From the NCBI RefSeq assembly GCF_041956535.1, contig NW_027192191.1:593077-657076 (forward strand): a DNA stretch of 64,000 bases, written 5' to 3'. Source of the stretch: Calcarisporiella thermophila CBS 279.70 (taxonomy: Eukaryota > Fungi > Calcarisporiellomycota). Shown piece after piece: positions 36,912-48,743 of this stretch. A model generated the notes under the pieces. It had not been told where the DNA came from. It saw nothing but the letters and a program-made list of their open reading frames with translations, and did no database searches. Within the stretch, counting starts at the first letter, position 1, and each line of letters starts with the position of its first letter. A program made the position numbers and the translations under genes.

Positions 36912-39900
36912 ATGGCAAAGAAATCGAAGGGGCCCGATTCAAAAGGGCACAATGCCACTGGCACAACCTCCACAACTGCCAGTACAGCACCTTCTGAACG
37001 GCCCGTCTTGAGTGACAAGAAACGGAAGATGACCGAAAAGAATGAAGAGGTGAATTTCCCCCGCGGTGGCGGTTCAGTTCTCACCCCCCTTGAGTACAAG
37101 CAAGCAGCCCATCAAGCTGACAAGGACGACTTATTTGAGGTTTGTATTTAACTCCACTTACGATTAAGAAACCACTGAAAACCAGCTAGACTGCAGCTAA
37201 TGGATTCATTTATTTCTTAGCAGGATAATGCTCCCGTAGAGACTCCCAAGAAAAAGAGAAAAACTCCCAAAGGAGCGAAAAAGATCAAGGAGAATTCCAA
37301 AGGATCAGCAGAGAAACAAAATGGCAAAACAGAGATTAGAGTTGAAACACTCTCCTTCAAACGGCTTGCCGTGGGGATGACCCTTCTCGGATGCATTTCG
37401 CAGATTAATGATTACGATCTTGTGGTGTCCCTTCCAAATCACTTGACAGGATACGTTTCTATCACAGATATCTCTGAACCCCTCACAAAACTGGTGGAGA
37501 AGGCAGCGATGGAGGATGCCGAGGAAAGTGACGAGGAAGAAGACATGGAGCCGGATCGGGATGAGAAGAAAGAGACCACAGAGTTGCCAGACTTAAAGAC
37601 CTTGTTCCATATTGGACAGTGGGTGCCATGCGTGATTGTACAGCTAGAAGGCCCCTCTGCCGACGCAGCCGCGGTCAGTGGGCATGAAAAGCGAAGAAAG
37701 AGGATTGAGCTAAGTCTAAAACCTGAACTCCTGAACTCGGGGGTGTCCTCAAAAGACCTGCAGCCTGGGATGGTAAACATGCCGTGCTTTGGGCCTACGT
37801 GAGGCAGCTTTTGTTCTGATTTTGTTTTTCGTATTAACAGCAAATCTCAGCTTCGGTTCAAAGCGTTGAAGACCATGGATATATTCTCTCAGTGGGGATG
37901 GATGGAATGTCTGGCTTCTTGCACAACAAAGACGCCGCTTCTTATATCGAAGCGCACGGGGGGCGTGCACTCAGGGTTGGTCAGCTTTTGCTGTGCACCG
38001 TCCAAGGTGTTCCCGACAAGCGAACCGTCAGGCTAACGCTGGATGCGGAACGGTATCGCAAAGCCCCGCTTGAAAAAGCAGTTTCCACAATCTCCTCCCT
38101 ACTTCCGGGAAATCTTGTCGAGGCACTCGTCACAGGCGTACACGCAAACGGCCTCACCTGCAAGTTCATGGGGTTCTTCGAAAGCACCATCGACTCATTC
38201 CACCTCGGCATTACACATGTGACGGGTGAGGATTCGGTGACTTCCAAGTATAAAACGGGAGACAAGATTGTCGCAAGAATCCTATATGTATCGCTGACCT
38301 CCATACCCAAAAAGATCGGGCTATCGGCCGCAACCCATGTGCTCGAGTTCACCCAACCCAAGGTCACTGATGGCACCACAGACTTGACCCCGTTTACCGA
38401 GTTCCCCATCGGCACCATTTTCGATCATGCCAGAGTGTGTAGGGTGGATTCCGGGGTGGGTCTGCTGTGCGAGATAGGAGGCCTAAAGTTTATTCCCGGC
38501 TATGTTCACGTGAGTAGCGTCGAGAGTTGCCAGCATTGCCCGGCATCTTCCACACGTTTCACTCATCCCTTCCCTTTCAATGTAATAGATTTCTCGCATT
38601 GCCGATAACCATGTGCCAAGCATCTACGCAACCTCGGGAGACTATCGCGTCGACTCGACCCACCGTGCTCGAGTGGTTGGCTACGACGCCGTCGACGGCG
38701 TGCTACAGCTTAGCATGCAACCCTCGATTCTCGAGCAACAATTTCTTCGTCTCGAAGACGTGCAGCCTGGACAGCTTGTGCGTGGCACGGTGGTGCGACT
38801 TTCACCGGCAGGAGTCATCATCAGCCTGACCCAGCAAATCAACGCCCTTGTCCCGATATTGCATCTGGCCGACGTGAAACTGTCGCGGCCCGAGAAGAAG
38901 TTCAAACCGGGCGACACAGTCAAAGGGCGAGTTCTAACTTCGGACCCCGCGCACAAGCGGGTGCTTGTCACGTTGAAGCGTACGCTGGTCGAGTCTGAAT
39001 TCCCCTTGCTCACCTCCTATGCGGTGGCGGCGCCTGGAATCCTGACCCACGGAGTAATTACAGGATTGCGGGACAGTGGATGCGTCATCACCTTTTATGC
39101 GGGAGTGAAGGCGCTTGCGCCCATTGCAGAACTGAGCGAGACGTTCGTCGACCATCCCTCGGACATCTTCTCGGAGGGTCAAGTAGTCAAGTGCCGTGTG
39201 ATTAGCTGTGAGCCAGAGAAGGAGCGGATGCGAGTTAGTATTAAGCGGGCCTCAAGCACGGCCGCATTAGAGGACGGCGAGAACAAGGGAAAGAAGCGAA
39301 GCAAGAAGGAGGAGAAGGCGAAGAACAAGAAGGAGAAGAAGAAGGCCGAAGAGACACAGGACATAGATTCTGGGGATGAGGATGGAATAGAAATCAGCGT
39401 CGAAGAGAAGGAGGGAGAGGAGAAGAAGGAGGCCGCGAAAACAAACAAGCCAGACATCAAAGAGAAGAAACCCGTAAGTACCGCTTTTTTCAAGAGCCAA
39501 TATCAGGAATTGTCTTTGGTATTTAAAAGTAACGTCTGCACTCTTATTTATTTTTGCTGTTTTTTCCTGCCTCTAGAATAAGGCCGAGGAGGAGGCACCA
39601 GTGGTGTCAAAGCCGAAGGGGCTCAGTCAGGCGGAACTCACTAAGATGTTACAGGTGAGAGCACCAGGATTGCAATCTAATCTGATCACCTGAACCAACC
39701 TAACTTTCCTACCTAGGGAACCGATTCCTCCAATGATAGCACTGAAACCCTCCAGGTCCAGTCCGGATTTCAATGGGACGGCTCGGTGGCTATGGAGGTC
39801 GATTCCGATGAGGAGAGCGCTGCCTCCTCGGAGGACGAGGAGCCCGCCACCAAGAAAAAATCCAAGAAAAGGAAGAAAAAGGCCACCCCCGTGGAGGACA

Positions 39901-40888
39901 CAACCGACGATCTTGCTAATCGTGCCCCCGAGTCTGCAACCGATTTTGAGCGGCTGCTCCTTGGATCACCCAATTCATCCTATCTGTGGGTGAACTATAT
40001 GGCGCTCCAGCTCCAGCTTGCTGAAATCGATAAGGCTAGGGAGATTGGGCAACGTGCGCTGCGGACGATCCATTTCCGAGAGGAACAGGAGAAGATGAAC
40101 GTGTGGATCGCAATCTTGAATTTAGAGAATGCATTTGGTACCGAAGAGAGCCTGAAGGAGATGTTCGAGACCTCGCTGAAAGTGATGGAGCCGAAGCATA
40201 TGTATTTGCAGATGATTAGGATATATGAGAGATCAGATAAAGTGAAGGTAAGTTGGGCGACGGTGCACATTGAATTTGTTGGGGATGCTAATGGCGGTGC
40301 CCTCCCCCTTCCCCCCCTTTTTTTTTCCTGTGTATAGAAGGCAGAAGAGCTGTTCAAGACCATGACGAAGAAGTTTGGGCAAAGCTCCAAGGTGTGGACA
40401 TTATTTGCACAGTTTTATCTCCAGAGAGGCAAGGCCGATAAGGCACGCGAACTTCTTCAGCGAAGTTTAAAGAGCTTGGAGAAAAGAAAACGTAAGTTTG
40501 CCCACTAGCCTCCCTTGTTTATTGGTCGGCTCTCTTTCTTATACCGCGGACTCTTTCTCCATTAGACATCAAGACAAAGACCAAGTTCGCTCAGCTCGAA
40601 TTCAAGCTTGGCGAGCCTGAGCGGGGCCGTACACTATTCGAGGATCTGATGAGCCACCACCCGAAGCGAGTGGACCTATGGAGCATCTACCTAGATATGG
40701 AAATGCGGGCCGGCGATGACGATCTCACCCGACGCTTGTTCAAGCGAGTCACCTCCTTGAAATTCTCGTCGAAGAAGATGAAATTCTTCTTCAAGAAGTG
40801 GCTGCAGTTCGAGAAGGAGAATGGAGGCGAGCGTGACGTTGAGGAGGTGAAGCAACGGGCCCTCGAGTATGTCCAGCGGCAAGATTAA
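36912..40888 (+). CDS. RRP5: rRNA biogenesis protein Rrp5 (about six S1 repeats + HAT/TPR)
   Basis: NFPRGGGSVLTPLE; S1 repeats; APESATDFERLLLGSPNSSYLWVNYMA; PKRVDLWSIYLDME; KKMKFFFKKWLQFE. Confidence 0.95.
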
Positions 40889-41203
40889 CAAGATTAACTC
40901 ATAGAATGATGACGCTTCTCTGCGGTTGATGCAATCGCATGATGCAACCCATTTATAATAAACTTTTTTTCCAATTTCCTAACAAAATGGCTGGATTTTT
41001 GGAATTTTCCTGGCCTATTACCCGCCTTCAGTCACATCCCGTAAACTCCGATCCTCCCGGATGTATCCATCTCATGCCGTATGACTCGCCACCAAATTGA
41101 AATTGAACGTCTATAAATACACGTTTTAATTAGAACTCGATAAAGCCATCTACTCATAATCAAGCTAATTCAGTGTTATCAACAATCAATTCCCCTCTCC
41201 ACC

Positions 41204-41842
41204 ATGTTGACTGCAAAAACCACCGCGCTCGTCGCAGGCGGAATCGTCGTCGCCGACTCCCTCCTGGGCGCCGCCCTTTACCGCTCCTATGGCTGCCACC
41301 GCCTGCGTGAGCTTCCCCAGAGCGAAATCCCCCATCTCATAGCGCGCACTGGTTCTGAAATGCAGGATGGGTCCGATGCGATTGTCTATGTCGACTGCTT
41401 CGAGCGGGAGATCCCCTTGAACAACTTGAAATCCGCACCAGGCGCCACGGCAATAGCTCGGAATCTCTTCGGCTCCCTCGTCTTCCGCCCCGAGCTCCAC
41501 CTTCTTCGCTATTTCCTGCCCGCTTTTAAACATACCTGCACCACCGACCACGTCCGTAAATTGGACTTCAAGGTTGGCGAGCAGGTGGGGGTCTTCAAGG
41601 TTGACACCAAAGAAGATGACAAGGAGATCCGGTTCGGGTGGGATATGGACGAGAACGGGTATACTTACATTGGTGTCGAGGTAAGCGAGGATAAGGCTAA
41701 AATCCGATTTGGATCCTCGCTGAAGGCATCGGTCCCCAATCTTGTCTGGAAGCCGGTTCTACTCTTCCATCAAATCTATTCCAGGAGCCTCTTGGAGGCT
41801 GCCGTGCGGAGCTACCTCAAAGAGGAAGCAAAGGTCAAATAG
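41204..41842 (+). CDS. Conserved-looking hypothetical protein (212 aa, intronless)
   Basis: Clean ATG-initiated ORF with coding-like bias and an upstream TATA (ctataaata ~41111). C-terminal FGS..LLFHQIYSRSLLEAA is reminiscent of DUF2867-like proteins (unverified). Confidence 0.75.
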   Translation: MLTAKTTALVAGGIVVADSLLGAALYRSYGCHRLRELPQSEIPHLIARTGSEMQDGSDAIVYVDCFEREIPLNNLKSAPGATAIARNLFGSLVFRPELHLLRYFLPAFKHTCTTDHVRKLDFKVGEQVGVFKVDTKEDDKEIRFGWDMDENGYTYIGVEVSEDKAKIRFGSSLKASVPNLVWKPVLLFHQIYSRSLLEAAVRSYLKEEAKVK

Positions 41843-42102
41843 GTGCAGCCGCTTGGGCTCTGTTCAATTTTAATACTGTATAGAGGAATATTTATGTGCA
41901 AGGTTTATTATTGTATATCATCATGTTTTCATTACGTTTCAATAGAGAAAATAAATCAAATATCACATACACAGATGAAGACAAACTAAAACAAATGATT
42001 AAAATAACAGTTTTGCAATGAAGAATAAAAGAAATGGATAAATACCCTCTTCATAATTTACCAAACGATTGTGTATTGTTTTTTTTTATTTCATTCCAAA
42101 AA

Positions 42103-44317
42103 CTATATCTCCGGGAATTCTTTGGGGCGAATCTCGATATTTCCATAGGGTGTTTCCTGTTTCACACTGATGCAGTTCTTGGTGGCGAGCACAAGTACTT
42201 GGAAGAAGAGTTGAGCAGCATCCCCTCGCTTCGACTCCGTCTATTGACCATTTAAAGGAAAATGAATGATCGAACAAAATAGAGGGGCTGAAATGATTAA
42301 AATGGTCACCTTCTCGATCACCGTGTCAAAAGAGATGGATTCTTCCTCTGTGAGATCGAATTGGTCTTTGAGTATTCGCATGGCCGTCACCGTGTTTTTG
42401 CTGTATCCAGCGATGGCCTGGGTCGGTGGAGGTTCGACTTCTTCCAATTCGAATAGACCGCGTGGCGCTAGTTTATTAATTCAAGGATGTTAACCAGCAA
42501 TCGAAATGATTCGGGATAAGTCTATTTACCAACTTCTGGCTCCTCTGGAAGTCTCAATTCAATTCCGACTTCTTCCCTCTATAGCATGGAAACTGGGTCA
42601 ATACAAACTGCGTTAAACCTAGGCTACCATTAACGACACCAACCTCTACCAGTTCCTCAGGCAACTCTGGCGCAAATATCTCCTCACCAAAAATTGCCTC
42701 CTCCTCTTCAGGCACCACTTGCGGGATTTCCTCCTCGCGTTCTTCTGGCCTTACAAAAATGGCTTCTTCTTCCTCTCCAAGACCTTCTTCCACGATTTCC
42801 CCCTCTAGTTGAGGTAGATGCGTGCGAGCGAATAGCGGTGCAAAAGTGTTGCGTGATTCGTCTAGGTGAGCGAGATGAGGTGGTACGGTTAGGTCTAGGA
42901 AATATCTAGATCCCTGACTCGCGATGTCCTCTAGTCGGAGCACAACCCTTGAGGTGGGGATGTAATTAGCCTGTGTAATATCCAACGCAAACCATTAAAT
43001 TCCTAGGAGGGATGGAGCGATTGAGATTTCTTCCATACCTGGCCAAGAATATCCGAATGCTCTATTAATCGTTGCCGAATGGCGTCTCGGGTAATCTGAG
43101 TGTTGGCGTCCTCAATCATACGCTTGCGTTTCTTCTGACGTTGCGCTCTTGGAGTAATCGCCTCCTCTATTGCTTCCACATCGGGAGCCGGAACAAGCTC
43201 GGGTTCCGCAGGCCTGAGTAAACAAAAGAAAATCCTCAGTATCAGCGAGGCTACCAATGCTCAGACTGAGTTCCTACCTTTCAAGCTCCAACTCCATTCT
43301 TTCACCCTCGGGTAACTCGAGCCCTAACCCTTCCTCAGGCGGCAATTCAAATTCAAATCCAGGCAGCTTGGATACATCTAGCTCTAATGGGGCCTCTTCA
43401 GTCCTCATTGTGATCTCTGCCAGTGCACTCGGCTCTTCCAGTGTGTATCGTCTCTCGGGAGGGGCGTGCCGTCCTAATTCTACTGATATTTCGGGTGCTT
43501 CTCTTTCTTCTCCCAGGTCAAAGAGCCGGGCCTCCTCCGGCTCCGGTACCCGAGAAAATACATCGTCCTCTCCAAAAGCTCCAAGCGCAAAATCCAAGTG
43601 GAAATCTTCACTGATCGTGATATCCTCTCGTCGGGAGATAATTTGACTTGCGACACCAGCCGTAATCTCTTCCAGTGCTCTATATTAGGAAGAGTCGCGA
43701 ATTAAAAGCACGGCATTTTTGAAGTGGGAAAGTCGAATCCTTACTTGAGGTTTAACTCGGGTTCCGGTAGCAAAATATCAAACTCTGTCACCACATCCGG
43801 TAGAGTAATGGTATTGACGTTGGCCCTCGACTGCTCCTCAGTCATATCCACTGCACCTTTTCGGAATGCCTAATCAAGTGAAAATGATTTTCGATATAAA
43901 AGAATGAGCACAACAATAGCATACATGGAGAATGAGACTCTGAAGCTACAATAATACCATTTTAATTTTGATGAGCGCTTCATTGCAGTCTTCTAAAAGA
44001 TATCGCGCTTTTCTTGAGTATATGCGGACTACACCAAGTAACAATTGACCTGAAAGCCGGAGCGCCAAAGGCGGGCCTTCACCTCCTACGATGGCACCTA
44101 GGGTAATTGAGAAATGAATAAATCAGAACATGATCCCAGCATGGGTATATGCTAAACGGAGCGACTAGGCGTAATCTCAAATTGCATTCTTACCAACAGT
44201 AGTACCAATATTCGTCTGGAGAAATTGAGATTTGCTCAATTTCTTTTCCCAGTGGGCGGCAAGCCATACTTTGGCAAGCGGACCTTTCTTAGAGAGAATG
44301 GCCTCAGAATAAAACAT
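42103..44317 (-). CDS. RAD21: Cohesin kleisin subunit Rad21/Scc1
   Basis: [29 protein letters not shown]; [35 protein letters not shown]; C-terminal [30 protein letters not shown]. Confidence 0.96.
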
Positions 44318-44487
44318 GGGTCAACAATATATACAAATATATATGGAAATAGGAACGATTAAGTATATGCTTCCAGCGGATGGTAGAATATTAATCATAT
44401 AAAATCATTTGATTGAGAATATAGCTAATGACGGACAATGACGTGGAGGTCCAAGAAGAGCAATGGAGAGTGATAATTTTTTTTCGA

Positions 44488-44524
44488 GCGCGAAAAAAAA
44501 AATAATCCGCGCGATAAAACGCGT
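44488..44524. promoter_or_regulatory. G1/S cell-cycle elements (E2F/SCB-like GCGCGAAA and MCB ACGCGT) upstream of RAD21
   Basis: gcgcgaaa at 44488-44495, cgcgcg at ~44508 and acgcgt at 44519-44524, 170-210 nt upstream of the ATG in otherwise AT-rich DNA. Confidence 0.6.
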
Positions 44525-45477
44525 CGAATCTTAAATGACAAATTCAGCGAATCTGCGAAAAGTAAAACAAGTGACTGGTAATTTGTACATAAATGTATGT
44601 TTTAAACGTTAGTGGTAAAAATACGTGTTAATAATTCAGCTCTAGAATAGTTGAGATAAGTTAATGTAGTCGCGTGTTTGGACGAATCTCTCTTCATGAT
44701 AATAAGTATTATATGCTCTCATGTATGAGATGGTTACAAAAAATTAAGAACTACTAGAGTAGGTAGGATTTAGCATTGCACTCATAGCTGTTATTATCGG
44801 AATGCTTTCGATGATATATCAACCACGTCTTCCAAATCACACCTACTCATCATGGACATAGATCTCATCATATACAGAAGAGAAACTAGAATAAAGAGAG
44901 ATGGAAGATAGGGTTTTCACAGTTATCTTTGTATTTCAATGGCATTCGATTGAAATACCCTAACCCCAATAAAACTCACGATATCTCTTTGAAGAATGAA
45001 CAAATCGCGACCTGATTCATATGTAACTCTATCGATGGGGCGTGCGGCTAATCGAATATTTCGAATCACCCCAACCTTTCAAATCTGCTGCTCTAGCTCT
45101 ATTACGCATTAGAATGGTTCTCCACACTCCATTATTTCTTTAAAAATATCAGTTTTATTTTATCATAAACAGAACCTTGCTTCAGCAGTAGGGTAGGAAA
45201 AGAATATACAACGATGTTTATTACACTGGTTAATCAAAAGGCGATGCAAAATTAATAACGAACATTCTGAAATGGTGCAGACTATTATAAAAGATTAATA
45301 TACACGTTGACATATATACTGAAAGTGAAAAAAAAGGCACTAGTGCCACAGTATAAAACTTCAGCAAGTATTGAGTGAAGACAACCAATGTTAAAGTGAA
45401 TGCAAGGTGCGCCGTTGACTGTCAGTGCCACTATTTTCTATCTACATTAGACAATGGAGGTTAGAGATTTCTGAATA

Positions 45478-45759
45478 TTAAACAAGAATAATCGGGCATC
45501 CATTTCGTACAGTTCTCATGGCTAACGGATACAAATCCCAAGTGGGATGCCCTGATGCATTCGTTGTGTTGTGAGGCCCATTCATTTGTATATGACTAGA
45601 AGGGGTTGTTGTTGAGTTATTAGGCACATTGGGTCTAGCGGTATTGCTTGAACGCCGTGAGAGATTAGGATACAGGTTCACGTCTATTAGATTTGTTTGA
45701 TGTGAATGGTCATTTTGGGGATGGCTAGGGGTGGTAGAATTGTCAACGGTTTGCACCAT
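45478..45759 (-). CDS. Possible small orphan protein (93 aa, N/S/T/P/H-rich)
   Basis: ATG in good context (gaaATGg) and slightly higher GC than the flanks. No recognisable domain. Confidence 0.3.
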   Translation of the reverse strand: MVQTVDNSTTPSHPQNDHSHQTNLIDVNLYPNLSRRSSNTARPNVPNNSTTTPSSHIQMNGPHNTTNASGHPTWDLYPLAMRTVRNGCPIILV

Positions 45760-46112
45760 TTCAAAATCAAAGCCAATGGGTAGTATCGTAGTGAGAAACG
45801 TAGAAGTAGAGCATAAAAAAATCCTCGGCGCAAAAATAAGGATATGTGATCTTGAGGAGCCATTATTTCCCCCGCAAAAGCTGCGCCTCAGGAAGGATTG
45901 AGGCAGTTGTACAAAAATAGGACTGCCATTCGTACTATTGAAGATTGGATGCTCCTTATGTTACTTGTGTTATACAAGAAGCGAAGAGAGAGAAAATCAA
46001 TTCTTTCAATCAACACAAGCATGAAGAAAAAAAAGCAATTAAGACACAATAGAGGTATAAAAAAAAAATTAGGGTATGCTAAGCATTAAGTAAATAAGAA
46101 ACTTTCATATTA

Positions 46113-46886
46113 TTAAGTATCAAGTTTTCTCTCAGTATTTTGTGTTGTTGGCAGGTCTAATTTTCCCATGAATTCTTCCCTTCCTACCTTAAACGCACTC
46201 CCTGGCGGGGTGAGAGGCTCGTTCTGTTCAGGAGGACACGCGTATCTGTCGATAACACCGGCGTTTACTATGCTAACGGTGGTGGCTGTTCCCATAGAGG
46301 TCGAGGAGTCCTCCACACATCTTCGACGGCATATCACGAGCAATCGGAAAGCCAACACAGCCCCTACTACCCAAAGCACCACCGCCAACCACGCAAATAT
46401 CGCGCCCGTGCGTACAGCCGTGCAAGCGGCCAGATATTTATTTAATTGCGAGCGATAAATTGGGTCTGTTTCGTAGGCAACGAGAGATTGGAACAAAAAG
46501 CCTTTTGCGCAGGAAAACTCCCCATTCACCACGGCGGCTATGGCCACTAAAAGCCATACAAACATGCCCATCAGCGAAACGGCGACAAGCACTCGATAGT
46601 GACGAAGATATTCATCGATGGTACGGAGTGCCCGAACTTTGGGAGAGATCGTAACGATGAGTGTTGCTAGCAGTGCAGTTATGGAGACGCTAAGGTTGAT
46701 GGCTGACTCGGAGTAGGGCTCTTGTCGGGTAAGTGCACTGACATTGGCCAGAATATAGCCCAACGCCACAAAGCATTGCGCAACGCAGATATACCAATGA
46801 GTACGGCGTAACTTTTCGCTTGTCCATCCTGTGAAGTGGGACGATACCCTGGAAGGGGAAAAGTATGAAGGAAGGGAATGGGTCAT
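46113..46886 (-). CDS. Four-TM MARVEL-like membrane protein, intronless
   Basis: Four hydrophobic segments, a Cys pair in the last loop, and CTAVRTGAIFAWLAVVLW before the fourth helix. Confidence 0.7.
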   Translation of the reverse strand: MTHSLPSYFSPSRVSSHFTGWTSEKLRRTHWYICVAQCFVALGYILANVSALTRQEPYSESAINLSVSITALLATLIVTISPKVRALRTIDEYLRHYRVLVAVSLMGMFVWLLVAIAAVVNGEFSCAKGFLFQSLVAYETDPIYRSQLNKYLAACTAVRTGAIFAWLAVVLWVVGAVLAFRLLVICRRRCVEDSSTSMGTATTVSIVNAGVIDRYACPPEQNEPLTPPGSAFKVGREEFMGKLDLPTTQNTERKLDT

Positions 46887-48743
46887 ATATAAAAATACCA
46901 GGAAAAAAAAGAAGAAAAAAAGGCTAGAAGGATGCGAGTCGTGAAAAACAAGGCAATGGGTAGCTGTTTGTTTATTAATAGTGTCGATTTCATCGGTAGT
47001 TTACATTGAAACATTCGTAGGGGATTTTTCACAGTCGATTTTCGAAGGAGACGAGAAAGATTCGTCAGCGCAATTGAGAATTTGGAAAGGCCTCTTTATT
47101 CGTGTGAAAAATCGAGCTTGCGATGTTAGCTGTCAATACAAAATCAGGCCACGCAGTGTACGGATTCGATAGGTTCATCGGGCTAACTTTTGGATATTTT
47201 AGAGCCCCGTGACAACTCTACAACTTCAAAAAGTCCAAGCCCAAATCTTCATAAAATCGCCATGTATCCTCAACCTATATCGAGCAGTCCAACTTTTGTG
47301 CCATCACCAAAGAGGCATAGTTGGCTCCAATTAGCACCTAGAGCGAAGAGAAAGGGCCAAACTCAATAAATATCTCTATCCGCTACTTGGAATTGTGGAT
47401 GATTAAAAAGTATTTTCGTGGAGGAAGAGAGCGAATGCCTAGTGGGAATGAACAAAGCTCCTAACCCTAATAGGGGGGTTCCCCAGCTTTATCTAAAGGA
47501 GGAAGCAGAGAGCCATCTGGAATCTCTCGAGCATTGTGCTTCAAGCACAAATTAAAAGCGCAAGGATACATAGAGTTTCAGTTTTTGATTATCCCCGCCC
47601 ATACCATCCAAGTAGGGATAAATTGAATTTTCTATACGTGTCAGATTCTCTCTACCAGCTGTTCAGAGCCTGCCATCGCTGCACTTCCTCCATATGGTCC
47701 ATTACCTAAGTAAAAAGAGCAACTACACATCCTCCCCCAAGCTTCTCGCACAGTTTGCTTAGCCTCCAAGCCTTAGGTGGAGTAAAGACCTCAAGGCCCA
47801 TCTTCAAGAATGCATCCCAAAACTTTCCGACTCCGCATCAATTCCATGCCAAGTGTTTACTAAATGGCGCTCTCCCTTCTCATGCATAAAACACGAAGCC
47901 AATAGGGTTATATCAGGTTTGAGCCCATCTTTCTGGGAGGTTGACGTGCCAGGGGAAATGGGGCAGCGCAAATAAGCTGCGGCCAAGGCAGAGGTTCGCG
48001 TGCATCAGGCCCTGAGGAGAGATGAGCCAGTGTCCCATAGGGCGAAGATGGCAGCTCTCCCTCCCGGCTTGGCTAGCGCCGTCAACATCGCACCAAGTTC
48101 TGAAAGCGGGAGCGGGCGCGGTTAAGCTTTATGAAGCCGAAGAGCGCATTGGCAAGATCAACTCAGGCACTGGGCCGGCCTCTGCAGCCCATTTGGCTCT
48201 CCAGGCGTATGGGACTCCATCGCTCTGCCCTATCTCGTCTCTGTTGGTTTTGGCGGCCGATATGGAAAGAAGAGATTTTAAGCTATTCGCGAATTGATCC
48301 ACTCACCCCACGCTGCGCACCCAAATCTATCGTTCCATATCTCCCGCTCCTTTTTTTTGGTAACCATAGAGCACAACTTGCGGTACTCAGACATTTCTCT
48401 AGAATTTCAATTTCCATCCTCTCCCCTTCCCTACCTCACATTCCCTCTGCGCAATCTGTCTAATCGCTTGTGTTTTTCTAAGGATTTCGCCGCGGTCTGC
48501 CTCGCTTGCCAATTATTTCATCCGATCTTGATCGCTGGCAGATTACCGCTTGCTTGATGGGACTTTGAGCCTCATCTTGTGCTCTAATACTTTGTCCTTT
48601 GTCCCAGCACGCCGCTTTACACAAAGTATACCTAATTGAGTTTGTTTGACCCTGAATAGTGATTGTCGGTTCTTGTCTGCATGCATAGAGTGGATCGTGT
48701 TGACTAATTCCAAAATGTATGCTTTGCGCTCTTTTTTTTTTAG

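Noticed and set aside
42103-44317. Meiotic Rec8 assignment for the kleisin
   Set aside because: The N-terminus ([28 protein letters not shown]) and MCB-type promoter fit mitotic Rad21.
47461-47470. Telomere-like ctaaccctaa (also ccctaacccc near 44958)
   Set aside because: Fewer than two full units; compatible with chance.
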